A stretch of DNA of 63,435 nucleotides, the filler included, from Phoronis australis (Eukaryota; Animalia; Phoronida), in assembly GCA_002633005.1 (NCBI GenBank). It is 9 parts of 9 records of this genome, joined end to end, with 100 filler letters (N's around TTAATTAATTAA, not from the genome) between each part and the next. Parts side by side here need not be neighbours in the genome. Positions count along the whole stretch, not along the records: positions 50,657 to 54,715 come from NMRA01002725.1; positions 54,816 to 60,415 come from NMRA01002303.1; positions 60,516 to 63,435 come from NMRA01003323.1; 6 more parts are not named here. The stretch is one strand, 5' to 3'. The notes under the pieces were generated by a model that saw nothing but the letters and a program-made list of their open reading frames with translations, was not told where the DNA came from and searched no databases. A program made the translations under genes and the position numbers. Positions 52,423 to 63,435 of this stretch are shown here, one piece after another; the stretch's first letter is position 1; each line of letters starts with the position of its first letter.

Positions 52423-53055
52423 ATTGAGAGTCCACAACATATTTTGCTGCCGCACAGCATTGTGGGTAAATAATGCAGACCAAGAAGGGGCCCTGCGGCA
52501 GCTATAGCACACAGTGTGACAGTCAGTCTCAGACTTGCTGTGCAATCAGAGTGGGCTGAATAAATAATGCACATCTATCGATCATGGCTGGTATGTTTGA
52601 GCTATGTAGCAATGCACAACAATACATGCCTATTTAAGTACTACTCTGTCTCATGTCACCGATCATGTTTAGAATATTATACTCTGCCGAGGGCACTTTC
52701 AGTCTTGAATATGCCGTGCAATATTATAGCATAACACAACCAGCAAACTCACTTATTTCAGGCTGCGTGCACAAATTGGCCGATCTGTAGAATATATTAA
52801 CCAAGTGGCTGCAGAATGCAATGTTCTCATCTAGTTAAAAAAACAGCAGACATTGACATTGGTACCACTCCCCACACATCGAACCCTTACATACAAAAAC
52901 ACAACTTCAACTGTATGCTTCTAACTGCAGAGAATCTGGAACAAGGTTGCAGTTAATGAGAAAGACTGCGAGATGACGATGACGAGATGACAGATAACAG
53001 GAAGACACAAATATGTGCAAAAGTAAACTGAAACTTCTAAGAATGACACACTAAA

Positions 53056-53461
53056 GTGTCATCCACACACAGACTTACCCTTGCACAAGTTACTCCTGGA
53101 ACGAGTTGTCGCTAGATTTGGATGCTGAGTGGACGCTATTTTAACTTAAGTGCAACTTACCTGACTTGTGACAACTTACAAGGTGAGGTAACTTGTTCTA
53201 GGGTAACTTGCACCACTTCTAATTCGTGTGTGGCTGCAAACCCGGGGCCAAGCGGATGTAATTATCAGTTGGTACTAAATACACATAAAGGTTTTCTTTT
53301 GGGTCGCATTAGTTGTTGCAATAACTTTGGCCTCACCCTAGTAATCAGATATGTGTGTAGATGCTGGGGGTAAGTTGCACAAGTGCAAGATGGTCTAGGG
53401 TAGGCTGTGTGTGGACGGGACAGTGCACGTTGTTCTAGGGTAGGCTGTGTGTGGACGGGAC
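53056..53461. repeat. Probable Harbinger-like MITE (CATCCACACAC..GTGTGTGGCTG, ACAAGTTAC/GTAACTTG motifs) followed by a direct duplication
   Basis: Degenerate inverted ends at 53056-53240. TCTAGGGTAGGCTGTGTGTGGACGGGAC occurs twice, 40 bp apart (53394-53461). Confidence 0.45.
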
Positions 53462-56373
53462 TTAATGTTTGACCATGACTATGAAATAAAGTGAAACAGA
53501 GACATAAGCACATATTTAGAACTTCTGTACATAACTTCCAGAGTACTAGTTAAGGTTTGAATGCTCATTCAGAGAACTAGCGAACTAAATGAAAGTTTGT
53601 ACTAACTACGGTGAACTACACCCCTCCCCAAAGATGAATCAAAGTGCGACTGACTTGAGGTTGACACAGGTGTATATACAGTGGTCATCTTGGCCACCTA
53701 TTGCACAGACATAATTTTATTTTCGACGTATTTGACCAAACGGCGAGAATTTGAAATATAAGCAAAGTTTCAGAAAGTTGCTTGAAATGATGGCCACTTT
53801 CTTAATATTATCCACTGGTCAGCTGTCACTCAAACAGATCAGCCATCAATCAGACTAGAAATAAGTTTACTGCACAAAAAGTGGTTTGGTAGCACATTTT
53901 TCAATATTCCTTGTGCCCCAATAACACTGGTTAGACTTACCAGCAGCAGTAAAAGAAATGTCAACAAAACTTTGAATGAAGACATTTTTGACATCTCCTA
54001 TTGGTTGTTGCTTGAGTGTTTCTAACTTGGATAGATGAATACTCTAGTAGTATTGGTTAGTTTTGGTGCATTTCTCATTGGCATCCGCCAATCGAAATTT
54101 AGCTCATTGCCATGTAAGGAGTAATGCTGGTTGCATTCCATCTGTGGCAAATACTCACTGGGAAAATTGTCAAGTCGCTCCCAACTTTTTACTTGGGTAG
54201 TGCGCGACGTTTGCAATTTCAGGGGGATAATTCCGAGATTTTGGATAAAATCACAAACACAGCCACGCACTCACAAAAGATGGTTTACGCACCCAAAGAG
54301 AACGGCTCCAAGACTATAAATACAGCTCCGGCACCTGTAAACATGGCTTACAGTCACCTCTGAGTCATGCGCGCAACACTTAGTCGTTTTGAGTCTGTGA
54401 GCAGTTTCTGGGTGTGTAAACCATAATTTATGAGTGCGAGGGCCCGTGGTTGTGAGTCAGTGAGTTGAATTTACATGTCTGTGAACTGTAATTTTTTCGC
54501 GTAGCATGTGTAGGAGACAGGAAAACGTCAGAAAAACCTTGTTTCCCTTAACTAGCCATTATCTTATAAGCAGCTGACTCTTATTACCACAAGAATATAA
54601 TGTCCAAATTACTACAATTTTTCCTACCCAGTGAATTACAGGTCTCTACACAATTATCTAAAAATGAATCATTAACGTACCCAAAGACTTCAAAACATGA
54701 AACTCTATTTAAAAGNNNNNNNNNNNNNNNNNNNNNNNNNNNNNNNNNNNNNNNNNNNNTTAATTAATTAANNNNNNNNNNNNNNNNNNNNNNNNNNNNN
54801 NNNNNNNNNNNNNNNAATGCTCTGTTACACTTCTTGTGCAAATCCCCGCTTTGAAAAGACCTCTTCGTGTGAGCATTTTGAAGGTCAATACTTTTTAAAA
54901 CTGCACACTGCATAAGTCATATTTCCATGGACAGGAGGTTCTACTACTGTAACGCCACAAGGTTTCACGTGCTGAAAATACCCTCTGTACTGATATTCTT
55001 ATGAAAACTTTGTTACAAGCATCCTGCCTGAGAGCAAAATATTTGTAAACAAGACACTTCTACACGCTTAATAATGTTTCTACATGTACTACCAATTAAA
55101 GCTTCCGGTCACTTTTTGTGTTTAATGAGCAATTACAACAAGTACATAAGACTTGACAACTAAAATGCGCATTTTCAGTTAATTTCTAAGCATAAAATCA
55201 AAAATAAAAGACATTTTGTTGGCATTTATTGTGGTAGGCTTTATTCACCGTCTAAAGATTTCAAGAGTCATGTTGTTACAGCTTGTTATATCCTTAATGA
55301 TAACTTACTTTGAGTTTAGGTGGCAAGACAAAACGAGTGCCCCACAAAGTGGTTAATTTCGTTTTGTCGAAAATCATATTCTTGGACAGAGACCAGTCTT
55401 AGAAATATCATTGTTTGCCCAATACCTGACCCTACTCTATACATCGAGGAAGAGTGGAAATATTATAATTTTATACACCAAGTTTGCTACCATTTTTCAA
55501 CCAAGGAACCACCCCTTCACCAAGAGTTTTAAGAAATTAACAGCTCATGTTTGCGATTTCATGGAAGGATTTTTACACGCATTTTTCAACGAAATAACCA
55601 AGCCACCAGTAATGACTTATTCCTGGGCTGCGTCACCAATCAAGCAAAATTGTGAAATTGATTACAGCAAATTATATTTAGTAATGGATAAAAATCTGAG
55701 GAAGTTTTTTATTGTAAATTTCTGAGTTGCCGGGCTTTTAGCGTGTCGATCGGGTAAGTTCAAACGAACTTAATTTTCAGGGATGTATGTTATACATTCG
55801 TACACAATGTTAAATACCAGTCTCTCATCTACACCTATAAGCCCTGTTAACAAGAGATGTCATTTTAAGGTGATTTTTTGCATGTTTCAAGTGAAAATTT
55901 CGCGAGGGCATCAAAATAGACGGAGAGGTCAATGAGTGGATTATTGCGGATTGTTTTGTTTGAGGTGGATAACGATCGCGTACACTGTTTTGGTTCCATA
56001 GGTCCTAAATACTTGCCACTTTGCATGAACCGGAATCTTGTGCTTCAGGGCACGAGATCGAGCCTTTAATAACGACTCAAATATTCCACTCGATCTTAAT
56101 TCTAGCTTTTCTACACTCCAATCAATTGTTCGTGAAATCGAGACATACATGTACAGTTTTCACCAAACCGCAATCAAGCTACAAAATATCAAGTCTTAGG
56201 GAAAACAAAGGTTTTAAGATAACTTTTCTAGAGTTTAGAGCCCCTAAGGAATCGAGGGGTGCCCCAAACATAGGATTTATGATACCTTGCTGCGTGAATA
56301 AACACCACTCTTAGATGAGGAATCGGCTTGCTGAAGACTCACTGTTCGCCCTATAAGTGCACATACTCAATCA

Positions 56374-56518
56374 CATAGGGGCGCAGCAATAAAAAAGTGG
56401 GCTGCTAAAGCCAACAGCCCTCCTGTGGTGCACCACCTATAGACCTTAACTGGGCGGTGCAGCACTAAAAAAATTGGGGGGCTATAGCCTACCAGCCCCC
56501 TATGGTGCTCGGCCCATT
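56374..56518 (+). mobile_element. Dimeric CATGGGCGG MITE, copy 2 (diverged; flanks AATCA/GATCA)
   Basis: Same two-unit layout as 60087-60227, with a 4/5 TSD match. Confidence 0.75.
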
Positions 56519-56651
56519 GATCACAGTGTCTATTCACCATTTCGGACAAACCTTGTTTGTCCAGCACGTGACTTCGTTGTCGCGAGCAGAACGTAACTGG
56601 TTGCACACGTACAGTAGGTTGATTTTAAAATACCGTCAACTTCGTACCAAT

Positions 56652-57165
56652 AGCGGAGTTGCAACGCCGCCATATTGGAAATGGGTCAGAATGTTGCATT
56701 GTGGTTAAGCTGGTAAACAAGTACGTCGGCAAGCGTGGGGGCGAACCGGCCACAGGGAGGTTATACGTGTTGTGTGCCTGGCATGCTATAATACCAGTTA
56801 GCGAAATAAAAAAGTTAGTTACTACCTGTTTCCCAAGGATCAAGAACTGCGTTAAACATGGGTCAGAGACATCGGAAGAGCTGGTAGCAAAGGCCGACTT
56901 CGTGAATAAAATGTGCAGCGCTCATTTTGAGGGCGGCAAGAAAACGTATCTTAAAAACTGCCCAACAATATCTCCCTTCAAAGAAACAGTAACAAATACT
57001 CCATGGCGGTTGGTAGTGAAAAAAAAACTTATTCGTAGCATAAAGTATGCAGCGCTCATTTTGAGGGCGGCAAGAAAACGTATCTTGGAAACTGCCCAAC
57101 AATATCTCCCTTCAAAGAAACAGTAACAAATACTCCACGGTGGTTGGTAGTGAAAAAAAACTTGT
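56652..57165 (+). mobile_element. Left end and THAP relic of an ISL2EU-like transposon, with a 134-bp-period tandem duplication
   Basis: Terminus AT|AGCGGAGTTGCAAC. Frameshifted THAP: CCVPG..YYLFPKDQELR..W..CSAHFEGGKKTYLKNCPTI. 56907-57030 is repeated at 57041-57163. Confidence 0.8.
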
Positions 57166-57308
57166 TTTCGCTTGACCAGAACCAAGCCAACGATGAGCAA
57201 TTTTGAGGCTCTGCACAATCACCTGTTCTGGGTCAACTCACTTAGCGTACGCACACAGAATGCATTACGCGCTAAGATAAAGCGTGCAGAATATTATTAT
57301 TTACTTTC

Positions 57309-57720
57309 TACAAAATTGTGGTACATTGCTATCAAAATTCGTTGTTAAATTACGATCATTTTTCATAAAATTGTGTTGAAGTTCCAGGGCGAAATCTTGC
57401 CGACAAATGCGTAGCTGCTGGTCTCGCAATCGTCGATAGGGCTTGAATTCTTAAATAAGAATACAGCTTTGACTCAACAAATTGCCTGAAATCCTCCTCA
57501 AGTTTTCCAAATAGCGTCTCTAAGATTTTTAAGTTCTTGTGAAGTCTGGATTAACTGCAGATTAAGTCCAAATCTGCGCTAGATTGTAGCCCGCAACCCG
57601 AGAAAAATCTCTGTGGGAACACACGTGTTGTTGTCACGTGACGTTTGTTTTGAAGTTTGTATGCTTGTGTTTGAGAGTAAGCGTGCGTGTGCTTGTCATC
57701 AGAGTTCATTTTCCAGAGTA
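57309..57720 (+). repeat. Second copy of the interior of the pogo-like element (3751-4150)
   Basis: Collinear similarity, e.g. AAATCTGCGCTAGATTG and GTTGTCACGTGACGTTTG. Confidence 0.8.
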
Positions 57721-58132
57721 ATTTAATGATCTAGGTGTGCATTGTATCCAAAGAAATTAAGTCAAGCAGTCAAGCAGAGCGTGTTTTAATATTTACGGCT
57801 TAGCACTTGCTGGCCTCATCTGCTATAAACGTTCGAGAATTTTTTCGGTAAGACCGATATGTCACTCATTGAGTCGCCGGGTGAGTGGATGCGTGACCGT
57901 AGTGTAACAGCTATTTTCCGGAAGATTTGGGTGTAAGGGTGCGGAGTGGGTCATTTTGACCTTAAAAACACCAATTATGACTAGTTAAGTAATTTCTCTT
58001 AAACATAATGCAAAAGCTTTTTACTTTATTCGAAACTTTCGGAAATTAGTGCCAATATTTATTTGCCGATGCTACGTTACCCGTTTCATGAATAGATAGT
58101 TCCCGATTAATCTTCGATGACAGCGGTACATT

Positions 58133-58632
58133 CCCCTGCGAAATGTACCTCAGTTAACCATGGTTAACCATGGTTAACCATGGCTGTACAACCATGGTTG
58201 ACCATGGTTTTAACATTTCGCGTTAAGTTGAAACCACGGTGGACTATGGTTGGCAACCATGGTTGACCATGGTTGACCATGCTTCACAACCATGGTTATA
58301 AACCATGGTTACAAACCATGGTTACCAACCATGGTTACAAACCATGGTTACCAACCATGGTTACCAACCATGGTTAACCATGGCTAACAACCATGGTTGA
58401 CCATGCTTCACAACCATGCTATGAGACAACTTAACGCGAAATGTTAAAACCATGGTTTACCATGGTTACTAACCATGGTGTGGAACCATGGTTAATGGGA
58501 CAAGTTAACGCGAAATGTTAAAACCATGGTTGACCATGGTTACCAACCATGGTATCATGGTTAAAAATCATGGTTGACCAATCCATGAAACAACAATGCC
58601 CGCCAGTGGTCATCCAATGGGATTTCGCTGAG
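58133..58632. repeat. Array of palindromic AACCATGGTT units with internal 30-bp inverted blocks; possible MITE ends CCCTGCGAAAT / ATTTCGCTGAG
   Basis: More than 20 CCATGG-centred units at 10-14 bp spacing. 58201-58230 is the exact reverse complement of 58427-58456. Confidence 0.85.
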
Positions 58633-59039
58633 ATATTTATCTCCCCCTCTATGGTCTCTGCAGAAACCCCAGATAAGTTATTGTGAAATGTGTTCTAATG
58701 CCAAATGAGGTCCTTACCAAGGTGAAAACTACAGGTAAGGAACATACAAAATCAATAACTAAAAAACCAATGCCAAAACCAATAAGCCCACAATGCGCAA
58801 TTCAAATGATCAAGTGATGTTCATTTTTTAAACATTTCCACACTCAAGTGCAAGCAATGCCCAAACTGGGTGCGGTACTATAGTCATCAGAAAATTAGCA
58901 AATGGAATCTTGGTAGCTACTCAAAGCTTTAAAATTACAAGTAGGGGGGATTGCAGCATTCAATACATTGATTGATGCCAGTCACACTCACCTTAAATGA
59001 AACTTATATGACACAATGATTTTTTGAGTGGTTTGACAG

Positions 59040-59903
59040 ACAGAGAAGCGGATACCAAAGTTAAAAACTGAACTTATGAATTTGCCACTAGGAGGCACAG
59101 ACTGTCCCAATATGGACAAGTAGTGATGTTGATTCTCTCCTGGATAAAGCCTTACCTACCAAATTTCAAGAACATTCTCCATTTAACTTGGTGCCTGAGT
59201 CAGGTGTCTGTCACTAGAAACAGATCGACAAACTTCGTAACAATTCTTCAAACCATTTGGGAGATAGAAAGGCGGAGACACAAAGAAGAGACAGAACACG
59301 TCAGCAGCCATGTGCGAACTGGTAGGAGCTGTCTTTTTCTTTATCTGTCAAATTTCATGAAGTTCCATCGAAGACGTGGAAGTTACAGAAGCTGACATGA
59401 AAAGGGTAAAACTGTCAAAACAGGACACAAAAGTAGTCAGATGTCTCCAGAAAACAGTGTTAGTTGTAATCTGGTTATTGACCGGATTACACCTGTCAAA
59501 TTCCATGATGATCCTTTAAAGGACTTCAGTTGATAAACTGCACTGCAAAAATTAAAACCCCCACTAGGGGCATAGCAGCAGCCAGAGTTGTCCAAAAATC
59601 AACATCAGTAAAGACTTTTTTCGCTAGAAGAATTATGTTTTAAATTTCAAGGGAATCCTTCACCACGCTCGGTAGATATTAAGGCAGCTGCAAAAAAACA
59701 AAACCACCACTAGAGGGCGTAGTAATAGTCAGATTCGTCTGAAAACCAATGCTACCCATCACTCTCACCCGTCGTCATGTTTACGGGAACAAACCTGGTG
59801 AATTTCAGTTAAATCCTTGTAGGATTTAGTTGATAAAGCTACAAACGTCAACACATGACGGACACAGATGGCAGCAATATGCACCCACATATGGGTACAT
59901 AAA
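59040..59903 (+). mobile_element. Helentron/HINE-like non-autonomous repeat
   Basis: Degenerate tandem units with CCACTAG(G/A)GGC and AAATTTCA motifs, a GACGGACACAGATGG tract, and a terminal short hairpin TATGCACCCA..TGGGTACATA followed by A residues. Confidence 0.5.
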
Positions 59904-60086
59904 GATGACAAAAGATGCTTACTAATAGTCCATGGGCTTGAGCGATGACGATGCCTTTCCAAACTGGTCTCTGATTTTTAAACAGGTCGCTGACCAATCA
60001 AATGTGTGGCAAGTGTTGGCAATGGATCACAGTGACACGTTAAACAGATCATGGAGAATGCTGCATGTAACGGGCAAATTGTAAAA

Positions 60087-60227
60087 CATGGGCGGTGCAG
60101 CGCTGAAAAAAGTGGGGGGAGCTAAAGCCCCCTCAGCCCCATGTGGTGCGTTGCTTATAGACCATGTGCAGTATAACACTGAAAAAAGTGGGGGGCTATA
60201 GCCCCCCAGCCCCCTGCACCGCCCATG
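60087..60227 (+). mobile_element. Dimeric CATGGGCGG MITE, copy 3, 5-bp TSD TAAAA
   Basis: Perfect 14-bp TIR CATGGGCGGTGCAG. TAAAA at 60082-60086 and 60228-60232. Confidence 0.88.
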
Positions 60228-61592
60228 TAAAAATAGCAGCAGGTCTGCACTGCATGGAGAAGTGCAGTGTTTTCCCGATGTCATTTTGGCAATCACTTTT
60301 AACTGTTTAAACAGTCAATCACCATTTGGCTAAAGCAAGCGATATGGACTTTTCGAGCAACAAATACATTAAGAAATCAAGAAGTTGTTCCTCTAAAGAT
60401 TATAAGTCAATAACANNNNNNNNNNNNNNNNNNNNNNNNNNNNNNNNNNNNNNNNNNNNTTAATTAATTAANNNNNNNNNNNNNNNNNNNNNNNNNNNNN
60501 NNNNNNNNNNNNNNNAGAGTATGCATGTAGTGCGAGAGATTGACTATCACGTGGCTCTGTATTCATGGAACTGAGTGTTATCAGGAAGAGTGGTTATCTC
60601 TTCCTGGTGTTGTGGATCGCGGTGAAAGCCGGTGGACAAAAAGAATCTAACTTCGGAACCGTTTGATCGGTTTCGATAATAGAGCTACCAAAATGCTCTT
60701 TGGCCAGTGATCACTTTTGAAGTATTTTGAAAGTGAAATGAAAATCCTCGTAAGTCCTAATTTATTGAAGTATCTCGCTAATAATGCTCAACGTATTTTT
60801 GTGTTATGTGTTCTTGTTTTCTATTATTTTGTATTTGATATAGCAAGATCCCTTGTCCGCCTACGGTCACGCTGGTTTGTTTACGGTGAGCTTCAACACA
60901 ACAACATGACGCCACGTGGCGAGCCGCGTGCTTTTACGGTTATTCAACGTCCGGTTCAATGAGTTATGTCCAATCTATCTCTATACATGTACATCTACGC
61001 TCAGGATGACCACAAACGTGATGTTTCTTAATTTTTTCGTTTAGGCCTTGTACCCTAGCAAACATACCGGACTAGATTGCCTGCCTTCCTCCTCGTAACT
61101 CGGCGGTCTCTCTAAAACGGTCTTTTCAGACTTGTCTTTTCTTTTCTCGTTAACCACAATTAGTTTTTACAAACAGTTTGATTTTCACGAACCAACGTTC
61201 GCAACACATTGTAAAATAAGGCGTTCATTTGGGATAAAGGCTTACGACAGATTGTATAGTCGTCTGACAGTGAGTTCACTTTGTGCCTGAACAGGTAATG
61301 AAACCAATGGCCTTAGGTGGGGTCTGCAGCCACGGGGCTAAAAAGCAATTAGATACCGGGTCGCGTTCCGTAAACGCGAGGCACTAGAGACGAGAAAGTT
61401 TCACGTTAGAATGGAAAAAATAATTCTATCACATTATACAACACTTCAGCCTCGTCGACCAATGACTTCATTGACCACCAGCTTCAATTGCTAGTATATA
61501 TGAGTTGAGTACATAGGCGTATTTAGGGGCTGGGGGGGGGGGGGGGGGGGGGGNATAAATTGATACGTTCCAGAGGTTTGTGTCAGGGACCT

Positions 61593-61756
61593 TGTTGAAA
61601 ATCATTTATTAGTTTAAGTTCCTTCTACGTTACATCGACCGCATTAGTACGATTAGTTGTTTCGTTGTAGTTAGTTTTTTTGCACAATAGATTGGGCTAT
61701 TCTCACCACGTGTTGCGGTTTTCATTTTTTGCAACCAAAAGTGATATATTTCAACA
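61593..61756 (+). repeat. 5' LTR (164 bp) of a Ty1/Copia element
   Basis: TGTTGAAA...TTTCAACA inverted termini, immediately followed by the PBS. Confidence 0.8.
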
Positions 61757-61770
61757 GGTTATGGGCCCAG
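61757..61770 (+). promoter_or_regulatory. Copia-type primer-binding site GGTTATGGGCCCAG
   Basis: Same PBS as Drosophila copia, complementary to an internal part of initiator tRNA-Met. Confidence 0.9.
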
Positions 61771-63435
61771 GACGCTATTGTGACTTTGTAGAGGAATTGA
61801 GTGAAATCTGGACGATTTTTGTGTGCCACTAATAGGTTGATTTGTGACGTTGTGTCGTTGTTTTTGGACTTGAAAAACGGACGACTGTTGAACGTGAAAA
61901 ATCAAAGATGGCGGAAAAATCAGTGATTTCGGTAATTTCACCGCTGGTTGCTAAAAACTATGCAACGTGGAAGGTTCAGTGTCAAATGGCATTGATGAAA
62001 GATGGCCTATGGAACATTGTCGCGGGTAAGGAAGTTCCTCCTTTGGGAGATGATGCTTCAAAACTCGAGAAATTCAATGTAAGAAGGGACAAAGCACTTG
62101 CTACCATAGTTCTCTCAGTGGACACTAGTTTGTTGTACATACTAGGAGACCCGGTGGATCCCTGTGACGTGTGGCAGAAATTGCAGAACCAACACCAGAG
62201 CAAAATGGAGTTGCCGAAAGAATGAATCGCACCCTTGTCGAAACTGCACGCTCAATGCTTGCTGAATCGCTTTTACCCCAGAAATTTTGGGCAGAGGCAT
62301 TCTCCACTGCTACCTATTTGTTCTACGAGGGCAGTAAAAGGTCAAACTCCATTTAAGCCTTGATGGGCGAGAAACCGAGCGTTGGTAATCTACGTGTTTT
62401 GGCTGCAGAGCATATGCACATGCCCCTAAGGACGAACGTTCAAAGTTTGATTCAAAATCTAGGAAGACCATCTTTCTGGGTGATGCACCTGATAGTAAGA
62501 CATATCGTGTGTATGATATAACTCGGGATCGAGTCAATCTTACTCGTGATGTTGTGTTTGACGAGTACATATTCGGACTTGAGAAGGAGTATAAAAGGCC
62601 AACGGTACTGTCCGAGATTGGTAGTGAGAAATGCATCGATGTGGAACAGGCGGATGTCAACCAGTCAGAAGTGAATGAAACTCCTGATGATTTGGTAGAG
62701 TTACGTAGGTTGAACCGCGAGAGACGCAGTCCAGATAGGTATGGTGAATGTGTTTACACTGCTCAAAAAAGTCTGAACCTATTTCGGTGGGTGAAGCATT
62801 ATCCGGGCCTAACAAGGTAAACTGGAGATCTGCTATGGATAAGGAATTGGAATCACTCCGTGAACACAATGTGTGGACATTGGTTGAACCTCCCATAAAT
62901 CGCTCTGTTGTTGGGTGTAAATGGGTGTTTTAAGAGAAACTTGGGTCTGACGGCTGTGTTCAGCGTTACAAGGCACGGTTAGTGGCTCAGGGTTTCTCAC
63001 AATGTTTTGGTCAGGACTATGACGACACTTTTAGTCCTGTGGTGAGACCGGAGTCTGTGCGAGCACTGATTGCTCTTGCATTCAAACAAAATATGATGCT
63101 TCATCAGATGGATGTGAACACTGCATTTCTAAATGATGTGTTCCATGAGGAGGTGTATATGAGACAACCAGAGGGATTTGTTGAGAAAGGCAAGGAAAAC
63201 CTTGTCTGTAAGCTCAACGAGAGTATTTATGGGTTGAAACATTCACCTCGTTGCTGGAACATTGTTTTGGATGAGCATTTGCATAACATTGGTTTTAAAC
63301 GTTCAGATAATGATCCATGCATTTGTATGCTGGATGGCGGTACTGCTGTGATAGCAGTCTATGTCGATGACATAATTATTGCTGCAACTGATGATGAAGA
63401 AATGTCAGAGATTAAGCGAGCAATAAAGGCAAAAT

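Larger units (their letters stand above)
61593..63435 (+). mobile_element. Ty1/Copia LTR retrotransposon with a gag-to-integrase deletion, running off the window
   Basis: Gag N-terminus (NYATWKVQCQMALMKDGLW..DKALATIVLSV), integrase end (TPEQNGVAERMNRTL..FWAEA), RT (KWVF..RYKARLVAQGF..QMDVNTAFL..IYGLK..YVDD). Integrase precedes RT, and there are frameshifts. Confidence 0.95.

Noticed and set aside
58153-58586. CRISPR-like array
   Set aside because: The units are 10-14 bp with no unique spacers, there are no cas genes, and the context is eukaryotic.
1-63435. Prokaryotic operon or defence system; species assignment
   Set aside because: Spliceosomal introns and metazoan transposons dominate and there are no long intact ORFs. 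No marker here allows a species call.

Overview
AT-rich, intron-containing, transposon-dense animal DNA; the repeat content suggests a marine invertebrate, but the taxon cannot be fixed from this sequence. Most short ORFs in the supplied track are noise. Two host genes can be read by splicing. (1) A + strand CAP(SCP/CRISP/PR-1)-EGF-ShKT gene across 2610-22277 (6 clear exons plus 1 candidate microexon, phases consistent, 5' exons not found); its last exon runs into the terminus of a hAT transposon, which supplies the stop codon. (2) Four exons (pore, S6, calmodulin-binding domain) of an SK/KCNN calcium-activated K+ channel at 40359-42234. The rest is transposable elements: a Kolobok deletion derivative with 158-bp TIRs and convergent THAP and P2X7-ballast-like ORFs, a three-level nested DNA-transposon stack, ISL2EU-like THAP elements with a matching MITE, an intron-containing P-element transposase relic, hAT, pogo-like MITEs, a dimeric MITE family with 5-bp TSDs, L2/Crack, CR1, I-group and RTE-X-like LINEs, a Penelope GIY-YIG fragment, a Helentron-like repeat, a palindromic AACCATGGTT array and a deleted Copia element. 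Caveat: from 31641 on, the window is short contigs joined by eight artificial N44-TTAATTAATTAA-N44 linkers, so adjacency across them is unproven. All alignments were done by eye and family assignments rest on recalled motifs, not database searches.
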